A stretch of 64,000 nucleotides of DNA from the human T2T-CHM13v2.0 reference genome, Homo sapiens. The notes beneath the pieces were generated by a model, which was not told where the DNA came from, ran no database searches, and saw only the letters and a program-made list of their open reading frames with translations. The stretch lies in assembly GCF_009914755.1 (NCBI RefSeq), contig NC_060926.1; one strand, written 5' to 3'. Below, piece by piece: positions 29,480 to 43,893 of this stretch. Numbering within the stretch: position 1 is the stretch's first letter; every line of letters begins with the position of its first letter. The translations under genes and the position numbers were made by a program.

Positions 29480-29840
29480 TCTTCCTTCATTCATTTGTTC
29501 CACAGATAGTCATTGAGCCTCTACCTGTGCCAGGCACAGTTGTAGGTGTAGGGGAAACAGCTGGGGAACAAAATATATAAAGGTCTTTGCTCCCCTGGAG
29601 TCACATTCCAGCAGACACAATGAGTAATAGACATAAGAAGTGAGCATATTCTACTGTAGATGTTAAGTGCTATGGAAAGAAAAAAAGAAAGAGGACAGCA
29701 GGGTCGGGGAAATTAATAATAGAGGGGGGAGTGGGGGAGAGAGTTGCCAAATTAGGTCTCTGGGGGAAGAGCATTCTAGGTAGAAGAAACAGAGCATGAA
29801 AAACCCTGATATGGGAGCCTGCCTGGTAGAATGTGATTTA
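29480..29840 (-). mobile_element. L2 3' end
   Basis: cattcatttgttc..attgagcctctacctgtgccaggcacagt. Confidence 0.75.
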
Positions 29841-32735
29841 TGCAGAGATGGTTTCCTCCCTCAGACACTTGAGCCTCATCTGGACTCTCTAAGCTCCCCT
29901 AGAGGAAAAAATGTAAAATTTCCCTAAGGCAGGGCCCACAGTGAGTGGCCACATCTGAGCTCCAATGGCTACTATGATCTGCAGGATAAAATTTATACAC
30001 CTTGGGACACCCACAGGTATCCTCATTATCTGGACCTCGTGTATCACTCCAGTTCCATTTCCCACCCGTTTCTACTTTCTCCCCTGAAGCTTGACCCGTG
30101 ACTTCTGGTTCTCTAGGTGCACCATGATGCTTTATTTAGGCCTTGGCTCAGAGCATCTCCTGGAATGTAATAAATGTACTTTGCTCCTACCTGCATTTAC
30201 CCGAGAAGCCCTTACTCTCCCTTTAAGACTCTGTTCAACATCACCCTCTGTGAAGACTTTTTTCATTTCCCTCTGAACATTCCAGCCCCATCCTCTGCTT
30301 GTTTGACACCTGGCACAGACCTCAACCGGCAAGTGTCTGGCTACATTGCAGCTATGCATTGACTTGTCTGTGGTCCCACTGGATGTAGTGGTTCTATCTC
30401 CCTCACCTCTGTGTCCTCAGCATCCAGCACCTGCCTCGTGCAAAGTAAGTCCTCAAGAAAGACATGCCAGGTGACTGAATGGGCAGTGCTTGGTTGCTCA
30501 GGGCCCCTGAGAGGGCCCCGGAGGCCTGCACCAGGCAGCACCTGGCCTGTCTTGAGCTATTTAACAGACTGTATTCACAGCTGTGAACTCCCGGGACAAG
30601 GATTTCCTGTGGGTGAGGGACTGGCGGGGAGAAAGGCCCTCCTTTTAACCACAGAAAATGGCAGGCTCGGGGGCATTGTTATCCAAGAGAATAGGAGGAG
30701 CCGCCCCTCTCCCTGACCCCACCCTTGCCCTGGGTGCCAGTCTGTACTGGTGCACAACTCCTGGAAACTCTGGTCAGAAATGTGCTTCCTCTCCCTCCCC
30801 CAGGGACTCTGAGCACTCCTGGGGCAGTGGCGCCTCAGCTGCTGGGATCAAGGTACACAAAGAGTGTGCTGGGCTGGTGGATTGGCCACCACTCAGCCCC
30901 CAAGGCCTGCCCAGTCTTTCCTTGAAAGTCCTTCGCCACTGGTCCTTTTCTTCCCATTCCCACCTCCACAGTCCTAATCCATGCCCCTGGCATCTCATCT
31001 GGATGGCATGAATGTCTCTGACTCACCACCTTGTCTCCAGTCCCTACCAGTTCCTACTGTCTCCTGCCAATGTTTAGAATCACCTTCAGATACCTCTTTT
31101 CAAAGTCACCTCTTTGTTTGGAAATGTGCAGCAGATGCCTCTCATTGTCCAAAGGACAAAGTCTGGACACTCAAACCTGGCATTCTTAGTCCTTTGCAAA
31201 CTGACCCCAACTCTCTTGTGTGTACTTTTCCCTACTTCTCCCCTTCACCAGCCTCCTTCCAACAGTCTACACACTGTCCCTCAAATGTCCCAGCTCTGTG
31301 CTTTACCCGTCCTGAAAGCCTTTCCCAATCCTCTGTGGCAGTCCAGCCCTAACAATCCTTCTGCACTCCCAGACAGTCCTGGCTCAAGCCATGTCTGAGC
31401 TCTGTGTCCTTTGTGCATATACCTCTACAACAGTTATTTGATAACCAATTGGATGGTCAATCTTGAAAACTTTTAAGGTCCCTTCAGTCCTGCAGTTCTA
31501 TGCTACCATATGTTTTTGCTGTTATTTTTCACAAGTCTGTCTTAGTTCTCCATTTACAGAGTAAGAAACCTGAGGACCAGACCTTGCCTCATATTGGTCT
31601 GCATCTTCTGTGATATAGTAGTGCCTGGCACAGGGTAGGAGCCTCAATATGGGTTTACTAATGGAAGATTCCAGACCCCCATCTGCAGGTATGGCCATTC
31701 TCAGTAGTTCCCTGTTCAGTTCCCTTATGCAGGGGCTCTCACATACTTGCCTTCTGAAGGGGAGCTGATAAATATATACATATCAATACGTACATATTAA
31801 TATATTTGTCCTCCAAAGGGAATCTGCATTGTGAAAGGTATCTAGAAAGAACATTCAGCTTTAGTGGTGGGATGCCAGTTACCAGTGAAGGCAAAATGCT
31901 TGGCATAGGAACCTTCCTTGGAGCCATCTCCCTACCTTCTTTCCCTGGATGTTCTGCCAGCTCTAGACTGGGGGGATAGAAAGAGGAGAAAAAAACCATT
32001 TACAAGGAAACTCCCTCTCACTCCTTCACTCTGTGCAAACTTTACCTCCCTAGATGTCATCCTGAGAAGAAACCCTGAATATGGGTTGTCAGGGTGAAGG
32101 GAAGGAGGGGTCGTCCCTATTCCTCCATCACTAGTCAGCAAGGCTGCCTGAGCTCCAGCTGGCACCATGCCCTGAAGGAAGGAGCTAGCTCAGTCCTCCT
32201 GGGCCAACAGACCTGCTGGGAAGAGAAATGTTACTCGAGTAAAGGAGAGTGAGACAGACTGTCAATGGCACATAGGGTTCAGAGCAAGAAAGATGTGTGC
32301 GGGAAAGAAGAGGGAGGGAGAAACAAACCTGCATTTATTTGAGCATCTGTTATGTGCCAGGCACTGTGCTGGTCACATTCATCATCTAATGTTCTCAACG
32401 ATCTTGATAACTGTCCTTAGCTCCATTCTCCGATATAGAAGTTCATTTCTTCTCAGACCCTTTCTCTATTGTTCTTTTTTCTGTTTTTTTAATAAGCTCA
32501 TGAAGTATTGATAGTCATTATAGATATGGCATATAAAAGAATATAAAAGTGTATGGAAGAAAATAAAAATCACATATAATCCCATGCCCAAGATAAATCA
32601 TTGCTAGCATTTAAGTGTGTGCATTCCTAGTTTTAAAATTCATTTTAAACATATATTTAAAATATGTATATACAATTTTCTGTTCTTCTTTTAATGACCT
32701 TTATAACAAAAATATTTCCATGTCATTAAAATTTC

Positions 32736-33462
32736 TTTTTTTTTTCTTTTTTTTAAATTTTTTTTATTTGATTATTATTACGCTTTAAGTTTTAGGGTAC
32801 ATGTGCACAACGTGCAGGTTAGTTACATATGTATACATGTGCCATGCTGGTGTGCTGCACCCATTAACTCGTCATTTAGCATTAGGTATATCTCCTAAAG
32901 CTATCCCTCCCCCCTCCCCCCACCCCACAACAGTCCCCAGAGTGTGATGGTCCCCTTCCTGTGTCCATGTGTTCTCATTGTTCAATTCCCACCTATGAGT
33001 GAGAATATGCGGTGTTTGGTTTTTTCTTCTTGCGATAGTTTACTGAGAATGATGATTTCCAATTTCATCCATGTCCCTACAAATGACATGAACTCATCAT
33101 TTTTTATGGCTGCATAGTATTCCATGGTGTATATGTGCCACATTTTCTTAATCCAGTCTATCGTTGTTGGACATTTGGGTTGGTTCCAAGTCTTTGCTAT
33201 TGTGAATAGTGCCGCAATAAACATACGTGTGCATGTGTCTTTATAGCAGCATGATTTATAGTCCTTTGGGTATATACCCAGTAATGGGATGGCTGGCCCA
33301 AATGGTATTTCTAGTTCTAGATCCCTGAGGAATCGCCACACTGACTTCCACAAGGGTTGAACTAGTTTACAGTCCCACCAACAGTGTAAAAGTGTTCCTA
33401 TTTCTCCACATCCTCTCCAGCACCTGTTGTTTCCTGACTTTTTAATGATTGCCATTCTAACT
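32736..33462 (-). mobile_element. Young 5'-truncated L1PA (L1PA3-like): ORF2 C-terminus, 3'UTR and poly(A)
   Basis: ORF 32982..33455(-) is an open ORF2p C-terminus with the CCHC region; 3'UTR cccattaactcgtcatttagc lacks the L1HS-Ta ACA diagnostic. Confidence 0.95.
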
Positions 33463-34455
33463 AAAAAACATCTTTAGTGCATTCACAGTGTCCCATTATG
33501 TGGTGATACAACAAGTTTCTTAGCTGTTCTCCAACTGCTAGATACCTGTTTTCCTATTTTTTAAATTATAAGTAATGGTTTAATCACCATTGAGTCTTGG
33601 CTCTTTATACCAACATGTTTCACTGAATTTCTGATTTTTTAAACATATTTGAAGAAGAGGAATTACTGGGTCAAACAGTGTTATTGTGATTTTAAATAGT
33701 AGTTTATTTTCACATTTTAAAAGTAATGCTTGTTTACTGTGAAAAGCTTAGAAAATATAAGAAAACGTCATGTATGACCTTTCAAATTACTATTATTAAC
33801 CTTTTGGGGTGTTTCTCAGTCTATTTTCTAATATATAAGCATAAATATAGCAGCATAAAATTGAGATTATATATTATGTACGTTATTTCCTGCTTATCAG
33901 CAAACATTGTATTGTAATCACTATATCATCAATCTATAAAAATATTTTTATTAGCTGTAAAATTCCACTTTAAGAATGCATTATAACCAATTTAAACATT
34001 CTTTTACTCATGGCCATTTAGATTTTTTTCCAAAAATTTCCTGTTAATAACTCTGTGATGAACATCTGAACATCTGTGAATATTAATCTTTGACCTCATC
34101 TCTGATTATATCCTTCAAACAGATTCCTAGAAGCGAAATTACTAGGTCAAAATGCATGAGCATTGTTAAAGCTGTTGGTACATATTGCCAAATTGTGTTC
34201 CAAAAAGCATTCCTAATAACCAAGTGGAGGTTGTCCATCTTATCACACCCTTGTCAATACTGATTATTATAGATTAAAAACTATAGTAGTTTTTCATAAG
34301 TGAAACGTGCCTCATTTCTTTAATTTTCACTTTTATTATTAGGGATGTTAAACATGTCTTAAAACGTTATTAGCTACATGTATTTCATCTTTTGGAATTA
34401 TCTGTTTGTGACTCTTATCTACTTATTGTTTTTGTCTTATATTTCTTTTCAAAAT

Positions 34456-34744
34456 TTATTTATTTATTTAATTTTTTGTGACATGGTCTCACTCTGTTGC
34501 TAAGTCTGGAGTGTAGTGGTGTGAGCTTGGCTCACTGCAGCCTTCACTACTTGAGCTCAAATAATGCTCCCACCTCAGCCTCCTGAGTAGCTGGGACTAT
34601 CACCACACCTGGCTAATTTTGGGGTTTAGAGACAGGATTTTGCTATGTTGCCCACGCGGGTCTCGAACTCCTGGGCTCAAGCAATCTGCCTGCCTCAACC
34701 TCCCAAAGTGCTGGGATTACAGGCGTTAGCCACCACACCTGGCC
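34456..34744 (-). mobile_element. AluJ
   Basis: gctcactgcagcct..ctcctgggctcaagcaatc..cctggcc. Confidence 0.9.
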
Positions 34745-35767
34745 CTTAGTATACTTCTTGTTGTTTTAGATGAACTCTTTATATTTTAAGGATGTTAACT
34801 CAATGCCTGTTATATTCATTATTGAAGAATTGTCCAAAAAAAGAAGAAAATAGCATCATTTTTATAGAAATGGAAGCCAAGACTCAATGAGGAAAGTGAA
34901 TTATCTAAGGTCAGCCAACTGGCAAGTGGCCTAGCTGGGATTTGAACTCAGGTATGACTGGCTCCAGGGCTCTTCATCAGAAAAAATAATAAGACAATAA
35001 CAGTAGCTGTGGAAGCCTTAGTGGTAGAACTTGAGTATGTTCTGTGGGATGACTAGAGGTCAGCTGTTGGAGGGGTTGGGGACACATATGGGGAAGGAGA
35101 AGGAACAAAGTGCTGTGGACTTGGGAGCCAGAAAAGGACCTGGCTTGGTGCCAGCTATGCATCTTTCTACCCATTGCCTCCAAGCTGAGGTACATGCTCT
35201 TGGCACCCCTCATCCCTTCACAACCCTTCAGAGGATTGCCTCCAGCTACTTACCCACGTCTTCTCCAAATCTGCCAGGTGTACAGCAGTGCAACCTTTGA
35301 CTTGCCCTCAACTGTATATTCCCAAGGCTTTGAGGGGGTCCCTTTTATCTCTTGCTCCATTATTTAGGGATGAGAGCAGCCTTGGAGGCAACATTTCCTG
35401 CAGAGTTTAGAATCTAAGGACTTCTTTGATCAACTTTTCTTACCCAATCACGCTTATTCCAACCCACAGTTCTATGATCCTTGCTAATTGGCAGGGAAAG
35501 AAATGGGAAGAGGAGGGAGAAGAAACAAAAAAGGAGAAGATTGGATTGCTGATTTCCTTAGGAGGGGTACCCATGGTCTCCCATCTAGTCTATAAGCTCC
35601 TTCGCTTCCCTGCAGCCTCTCCACTTCTGCCTTTCTCTTCCCCTAGTAGAGGGGCTGCACTGAGGAGGGGGCTTAGTAAATACCTGAGGATAACTGAAGG
35701 GGATCAGACTGCTGCTGCAAAGAGCTTGATGCTCTCCTCCCTGGCCCAGGAAGGAAAGGAGGTAAAT

Positions 35768-35791
35768 CATCATCATCGTCATCATCATCAT
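35768..35791. repeat. (CAT)n microsatellite
   Basis: catcatcatcgtcatcatcatcat. Confidence 0.85.
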
Positions 35792-37134
35792 CCAGTAGTT
35801 TAATCTTGCATTGCAGTGTCAGAGAGGTCCCCTTTGGGGAGTATAGGGAAGGTGACGTAGGAAGGAGGAAGAGGAGAGGCTCCTGGTTACCTGCCCTCTC
35901 TTCTCTTTCATGGCTCCACCTGGGCCTGTCCTTAGGGAGTTTGGAAATGCCTAAAAATTTATCTTGGGATTTAACTGCACTGTGGGAAATGGTTGGAAAC
36001 TTGCAGGTTTTGGAGGCTGTATGGAAGCCGCAATGGAAGGGTAGAAAAGCTGCAGTGTCCCTGGAGGGGGAAGAGAATTGCGAAGTTCTGCAGGTTGAAG
36101 GCAAATAAAACAGAAACATGACCTACAGAAATGAATGAAGAGCATCAGAAATTATTAAATACAGCGGTAACTTTAAAAAACATACTCTATTCAATTCTTA
36201 ATGTCTTTAAGACATAATTATCTAAAGCAATAACAACAACAACAATAATAGTGGGGCTTATGACATACACAGTACTTAGGTATACGATAACAGTAGAACA
36301 AAAGATGGGGGTTATAAAAGGGAATGACACTGGTTTAAATTCTTTCATGTGATTTCAATGTAGACTATGAAAAGTTTAAGATACCTATTATAACCCCTAA
36401 AATAAACACAAAAGTTAAACAAAGAGATTTAGCTAAAATGCAAATGGAGGAGGCAAAATGGAATACTAATACTTGATTGATCCAAAATATGGCAAGAAAA
36501 AGGAAAGAAAGAACCAACGGGACACATAGAAAATACATGATGGCATGTATTCATTGTATATTATCCCCAAAGGGAAGAAATTAGATGATCTCTAAGGTCT
36601 TTTCTAGCTTTCAGTGTCTCCAATTTTAGTCCATACCTCCCCCATCAGTTTCCACTCAGGGAAACTGATGCAGATCTAGTTAAGGTTCAGTGTGGCAGGA
36701 CTGGGATGACAGTCTGACCTGCTGGATCTTATATCTAGAATTGGTCCATCGAGTAGAGGGGACTGTGCTTATGGATTTGGGTTTGTCATTGAGATTAGAG
36801 TGCCAAGTTAAGGTGGTTATTAGGGACAGGATTAAAGTTAGAAGAAGGTGTTGTTTACACAGTCAGGCCTAGGGTTAAGGCCACATTTAGAGTCAAAGTC
36901 CGCTCTGGAGTTACTGCTGGCTTTGGCTTGTTGGTCAGATTGGAGGTGGGGAGTGAGCCTAGGGCTCAGGAGTCTTAGATCAGTGGGGACGGGGTGACCC
37001 AGCAGAGCTTGTGCAATCTCTCATAGCAGCTATTCACTCATATTGGGCATATTGTTTCCCATCATTAATAACTTCTTTTCCTTCACTCTCTCCCAGGACT
37101 TTTCTCTCTTTCTTTTATCAATACAGTGCAATAT

Positions 37135-37570
37135 CCATTCATTCAAAAAGCTCTTCATTAATTACCCTCTAAGTGCCAGGTACTAATCTAGGTACTGGGG
37201 ATGCAGCATCAACAAAACAAAGTCCCTGACGCCATGGAATTGATGATCTGCTGATGGGAGGCAGGAAACAAACACGTAAACAGATAAGTGAGATGATTCC
37301 AGAGAGCAAAAAGCAGGCAGTGGGACAGAGTGATTTGGAGGACAAGGAAGCCCTGGATTGAGAAGGAGCCAGGCTGTGGAGAGTCAGTGGGGGAGAAGCA
37401 TGATGGCAGCCTGGTGTGAGAGATGGGGAGGAAAGCAGCTTAAAGAAGGTGAGCCACCTGGACTGTGCTCTCTCTATTGGGAAGCCACAGAGAGTGTGAG
37501 CCAGGAGTGACATGGTCTCATTTGAGGTTTAAAAGATGACTCTGGCTGATGTGTACAAAATAGCCTATGA
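37135..37570 (-). mobile_element. L2 3' region
   Basis: ccattcattcaaaa..gtgccaggtact..ggggatgcagca..aaagatgactctggctgatgtgt. Confidence 0.75.
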
Positions 37571-38637
37571 GAGAAGAGAAAACCAAACAAAAAAGAAAAA
37601 TGGACTAAGAGAGAGGAGCCCTGGATCCCTCAATATGCTGTGTGATCTTGGATACGCCACTTAGTCTCTAACTAAATGCTGATAGTAACATCTGTGTTGT
37701 TGATGTCAGAGAAACGAGGTAGGAATCAGTGACAGACTGTTTAAAAAGTTACTTTTAAAGAACAAAGGGCTATACAAAAGCTAAGTCTGTGGTGATTTCC
37801 CTCCTCCTTTGTATATGGACACTTGCTTAATGCAATTGATTATGTGGGGTGTGTATAACAATAATTTGAGTTAATTTCCTCCATGAACATTGGGGCTTCT
37901 GAGACGTCGCTTGCACAGCGGCTGGTTAGCTAATTTGGTTAATGAGGCCAGACTCAGCTGTGTAACCCTAGAGCTAGCCAGATTCTTCCCCTCCATTCCC
38001 AGGCCAGGAATGCTCAGAGGCCCTGATCGACAGCTTTTAAGTGGATGTTGCTGGTCACCAGCAGCCCCACTGACAGAGTGAAGATTATTTCCCGTGGCTT
38101 CACTGCTGAGGCAGCCCCTGGTGCAAGGAATTCTCACTCCTCAACCTCTGGAAGTCAGATGAGCTTCAAGCCTGGTGGCCCCACATCTCTAAGGCAGTTG
38201 GTGGGGGTGGGTGGGTGGGAGGATTCAGGATCAACAGAAACCCCTGGGGAGGTGTCCACGTGTTTGTTGTGTTGTTGTTGATGTTGCTGATGAAAGCTTT
38301 CCTGTCCTTAGTGAGAAATAAGAGAAATAAAAGCCTGTGGCACATCAAGAAAGGTTTTAGTGTTCCTCCAGCAGTGTTATCTGTGTCCAGCCCTGGCCCT
38401 GCAGGCCAGATCTCAGTGATAGGGCATTTTGTTTAACCACACACATGCACAATGCAGAAAACAATCAACTAAACAACAACAACAAAATGCAAGAAGCCAG
38501 ACCCCATCTGCACATACACTTTGAGTGGTGCTGTAGGTGATTTGTGTGTCTGAACACTGTAGAGGCCTTGGAGATCATTTAATCCTTACAGCACCCTCTG
38601 AAGTGGGTAACTTCATCCCCAATTTACAGATAAGGAA

Positions 38638-38939
38638 TTTTTTTTTTTTTTTTTTTGAGATGGAGTCTCACTCTGTCGCCCAGGCTGGAGTATAGTGGCG
38701 CGATCTCAGCTCACTGCAAGCTCTGCCTCCTGGGTTCACGCCATTCTCCTGCCTCAGCCTCCTGGAGTAGCTGGGACTACAGGCGCCCACCACCACGCCC
38801 GGCTAATTTTTTTGTATTTTTGGTAGAGACGGGGTTTCACCACGTTAGCCAGGATGGCCTTGATCTCCCTACCTCATGATCCGCCCGCCTCAGCCTCCCA
38901 AAGTGCTGGGATTACAGGCGTGAGCCCCCGTGCCCGGCC
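38638..38939 (-). mobile_element. AluY inserted in a MIR
   Basis: ctgcaagctctgcctcctgggttcacgcc; TSD cagataaggaa. Confidence 0.95.
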
Positions 38940-41416
38940 CCAGATAAGGAAATTTATATCAAGAAAAGTTAATGGATTTGTCCAAGGCTATAGGATGAAT
39001 TACAGAGCTGGGAGGCCGACCACGTCAGTCTGATTCCGAGACGCCGTGCTCTCCGGTCCTCAGGCTTGGACAGTCCCAGAGCATTTACTGTACCTTTTTT
39101 TTTCTCTTTCCATGAAGCCCAGAGCTCCCAAAACCCTGGTAACTCCTCAGGCCAGAGATGATGGAGGACAAGCTGAGACCTCATAGGGCTGGTTTGTCAT
39201 TCAATCCATCAGAAGACAAATGCTCAATCAGCTGGGCTGCATTAATTGAGGTCTGTGGGGGGTCTGGCAGGACAGGCAGGAGGTATGCATCCCTATGAAT
39301 AATTTTCGAGCAAGATGCAGCCATGTCTGCGCCCAGTGGAGGGGTAGTGCTGGCCACTGGGAAGGAGCTGACCAGGGGTTAAGGGTGAGGCAGAGTCAAG
39401 GGATCCAAGGCATGTCTGGAAGAGGGCAATGCCATGGGTTCAGATGCCACCACAGGGAAGCCAGAGGTCTGACTGTTTCCCTTCCTGGGGCCTGGGACCC
39501 TTCCAGGGTCCAGGATCCCTCTGGATCCTAGGAGAGGCCAGGCCAGGGCCACTGGGAGCACGAAGCAAAGCCTGCACCCACATCTCAGGCTTGCCCGAGT
39601 GGCCCAGGTGCCAACCCTGGCCCCCTGTCCTCCCCTCCAGAGCCATTCTCGGCACTGCCAGCTCCTAGCTAATGTCTGGATGAGTGACTGAGGCTGCCAG
39701 GGTCTAGATACAGGAACAGGGCTAGGAGCAGGGGTTTCTTTCTACGTGCGAGGAGGCCCCAGGAGAAAAGGGAAAATCAGGGGAAGGAGAGGTTCTCATG
39801 GAAACACTGTGTGGGGCCAGGGCCATGCAGCACCCTCTAATTTGTGGGGCTGGGCTGACAGCTCCCCTGGGGTGACAAAGTGACTGGGTGTGGGGCAGGT
39901 GGGGAGGGAAGGCAGGAAAACCTGTCCTTCCTGTCCGGTGAGCCTCCCTGCCTGCCTGCCTCTCTCTCAACACTATTTTTAAAGTATAACCAGAGGCTTA
40001 CCACACTCCCACCCAACTGCTCAGGGGCAAGGGGAGGGAGTTCACCCAAAGAGTCCTGCACTAGTGGGGCAGGAAGGGAAAAGGGCCTTCTCCTCCAGAG
40101 GCAGGCTAATTTAGCAATGGCAAAGAGCAGGGAGAGAGTCTTTCCCAGCACTTAGAAATGCTTCTGAATTTTAATAGAAACTGATTTTTAAATGATCTTA
40201 AATAGAAACTAAGCTTTAAAATGTACTGAATTTATACTACCTTAGTGTACAAAATTTAGTTTCTTTGGTTCCTTCTGAGGCTATTTTATCTTGCTAATGC
40301 TCTCCCTTTGGAAATCCATTATGGTATAAGAAACACCAAGATATTAATGATAGGATATTAATAACCACATTTGTATTGTACTTTATACAGTGACTCTGGG
40401 CTTAGTATTGCATTTGATTCTATCCCTAAGTGTGTGAGGTGGAATTAGAATGCTCATCTTGCAGATGAGGAAGTGGGGACTCAGAGATGTTGTTCAGGTT
40501 GATGGAGACCTGAACCTGGGCTCCAGGATTCAGACTTCAAGCCATGCTCTTCTCCCCTCCCCTTCTCCCACAGTGGGCTCCACAGCATCATCTAATCCAG
40601 GGACTTCTAGGCCCACAGGAGAAAAGGGCAAGTTAAACTGCTTCCTATCCCATGTCTAGCCCAGCTTGGAGCAGCTTAGCCCACACAGACCCAGGTCAGA
40701 TGAGTTCAAACCCTTATATTTATATTGGGCTTTAGACTTTTCTTATCTTATGTCTCAGTTACTTCTCCACCATATGAGGAAGATATGTTTCCTTTAATTT
40801 GGCAGAAAAATAAAGTTAGGAATCAGTGGGAAATGGGACCTCATTGCATGTCCTAACGCCTTCTCTCGGGTTCTCTCTGCCATACCTCTCTAGCATTCCT
40901 TACCCTCACGCTACCCCAGAACCACCCCAAGGCCCAGCACAGTGTTGGGTTCTTGGGTACTGGCCTGAGTGACTTAAAGCCGTTCATCTTTCCCTCCAGC
41001 TCCTCATAAGCAGTCTGGCCAGGCCTGCAGAGAGGAGCCTCTGCTGTCTCTCATCCAAAGACAGTGATGGAAATAGCCTTCCTATCTCTGTAATCAACAT
41101 GGTCATTGAAACCTTCAAACTCAGTAGAAACTTCTGGGAAAAAAAAAGATATATTTACGAGAAAGAGGAATGGGGAAATAAAAGAAGAATTGTAGAGGAG
41201 AAATAGAAGAGAAGGAATAGGTACAGAGAACAGGTGGAGGCAGTGCCCAGGGTGAGAAATTGAGTGGAAACTTGCAGGGCCCAAGGACTCCCCACTAGGC
41301 CCACTCTTCCCAACTCTAGAGGTCTCTCTAATGTTCCCTATGCCTAAGAATAACTCCTGAGTTGGGCCATGAGGGAGTCTGATTTGCTTTTGACTCCATT
41401 TAACATCCTCTGCGTT

Positions 41417-41484
41417 GAGCAGAGATCACGCCACTATACTCCAGCCTGGGCGACAGAATGAGACTCCGTTTCAAAAAAAAAAAA
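41417..41484 (+). mobile_element. Severely 5'-truncated Alu
   Basis: tgagcagagatcacgccact..gagactccgtttc plus A tail; aa(c/a)atcctc flanks. Confidence 0.85.
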
Positions 41485-42930
41485 TCCTCAAGATGCTGTG
41501 GCCTCCACAGCCATCCATCTGTACTTCTAGGCCACAGATACTAATCAGTGTCCCCTCCAACTTCAGGGCTGCAATAATTGGCTCTTTGCTTAGAGTAATG
41601 TACTCCAGGAGATTCCAGAACTCATGGGAATGTTGCTCTGATGCTAATGCCTACTGTGCAAAATTTCAGTTTTAAGAGAACATTAAAGTTTTATAAAAAT
41701 TAGGCTGAACAAGAAAGATACATCTTCTTGGGAAGAACTTGAAAAAGGTGCCTGGTAACCTGAGTCAACTGCTGCACAGGTCAAAGGCATCTGCACTCGG
41801 TTCCACAGATGCTCCTGGAGTTTGCAGAAGAATACTCACTACTGCTGTGATGGCCACTTAATTATTAGGAACAAACCCAAGGTAGGAGAGCTGGAATGTC
41901 ATGACTAAAAGATGAGGGTCATATCCCACTCATCTCTAGCATAGGCATTACTGTCATCCTCAAAATACCCTATCAGGCACTAACTTAGGTGGTCTAAGTA
42001 CTGCACAAAGTCAGAAGCAGTTGATAGTCTAGCATGGGCAATAATAACTAAATCTCTGCAAAAGGTCTTTTGAGTTGCTCCTGTATGACCTGACATTTGC
42101 TTTGCGAATTATCAGAGAAGACTCTGTCCCAATTCTCAACCCAGAATGCTCTTCCTTCCCTGTTCTAACTAGCAAACTCCTGGTCACCCCTCAAGCTGCA
42201 GCCAAAATGTCACCTTTTCTAGAAGCCTTCCCTAAGTTCTCCTCCCTCCCACCTCCATCCCCAGGCAGAGTCATTTCCCATTCTGAGCTCCCAGAAAAAT
42301 GGGGTTTTCTCTTTGGAGGTGTAGTATTTTGTTTAGAAGTCTGTCTCCAATAGGAGAGAGTGAGCTTTAGAGGGTAGAGCCGTGTGTCATTCATCTTTCT
42401 CAGCTGAGTTTCAACCACATCCATGCATATGGACTGGACAGTCAATAGATGCCAATGAGTAGAAGAATTAATAGATGAAATTAATTCAACAAAGATCAGA
42501 ATGCATGCAGTCAAAGGGGATGGTGCCTCAAGCACAGTGGAATTTGAAAAGGAAATTGGAAAGCTGCATTGTGTAAACACCATCGTTTTATTACTTATAA
42601 AATGAGCTTTCTACTCTTAACAGGCAAAGCTAACTTGGAATTGTGTATGGCTCTTTTCAGTACTCTTATAATTAGGCTCTTAATTATTCTTTAAAACCTT
42701 GGGCACATGAACTTCACTCCGTAATTCTTTCATACACAGTGCACTCTGGGTTCTCTGCCTTGAGGTCATCTACTTAGAGATTTACCCCTGGCATGTTTTT
42801 AGGCCAGAAGGCATCTCTTCACCATAAATTACTATCTGATCAGGATGCATTTTAATCTAGCCTAAGATAGAAGTAATTAGGAGAGCTAATCTGCTATCAT
42901 AGAAAATTAACAATTAAGATAGGGCATGCT

Positions 42931-43214
42931 GGCTGGGTGCGGCGGCTCACATCTGTAATCCCAGCACTTTGGGAGGCTGAGGTGGGTGGATCACTTGAGG
43001 CCAAGATTTCGAGACCAGCCTGGCCAACATGGTGAAACCCTGCCTCTACTAAAAATACAAAAAGTTAGCCAGGTATGGTGGTGCGTGCCTGTAATCCCTG
43101 CTACTCAAGAGGCTGAGGCACAAGAATCACTTGAACCCAGGAGGCGGAGGTTGCAGTGAGTGGAGATTGCGCCACTGCACTCCAGCCTGGGCGACAAAGT
43201 GAAACTCTGTCTCA
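42931..43214 (+). mobile_element. AluS lacking a poly(A) tail
   Basis: Both arms present; ends at gaaactctgtctca directly into unique sequence. Confidence 0.92.
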
Positions 43215-43893
43215 GGCCAAGACCCATTGCCTAAAGGTTTTGAAATGTCTGTTTCTCGTCTTCCTTCCACTGGGGTAGATCATTGAGCACACAGGGGCCA
43301 GATTGGCCTTGAAACCCCAGGATCCATACACCACAGACTACAACCCTCTGAGGAGACCAAGAGAAAATCCTCGGAGTTTAAAATCTGAAGTATTTACAGT
43401 CACATTCTCAGCATTGCATCCCTGGTTTTCTTCAAAGGGCAAAGACTGAGGTATGCACTGAAGAGAAATGAAAAGTTTCCAGTGAGGTTTGTGTAGAACC
43501 CTATTTCTGAGCTTGGCACCAGGTAGGTACATGAGCATGTACATGTGTGTATGTGCAGGTGCGTCTGGGGATACTTCAGTGTGTGCTTTAGACATCACCC
43601 CTGTATCACTGTTCTATAACACCATGACTTTGGAAGGACCCACATTCAGTCCCCAGAATGATGCAGATATAGAAGGCCCTTACACAGTCACTGGGAATCA
43701 TAAAGGGGCAAAGATTTTCCTCATTCTTCGTATATTATTTTTTGAGTGTCCATTTTATGCCAGGTTCCCTGCTAGGCATTGAGGACGCCAAGACATTTTC
43801 CCATTTAGCACCTCTACCCCATCCCCTTACTAGCCTCACCTTGGCCCCTGTAGAGTAGGAGGGAGAATAAAAAACAAGGAGTAGGAGATGCCT

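Noticed and set aside
32982-33455. 157-aa ORF as a gene or active L1
   Set aside because: C-terminus of a 5'-truncated L1PA with no promoter, ORF1, endonuclease or RT.
35426-36119. His-rich and Asp-rich ORFs
   Set aside because: Produced by the (CAT)n microsatellite.
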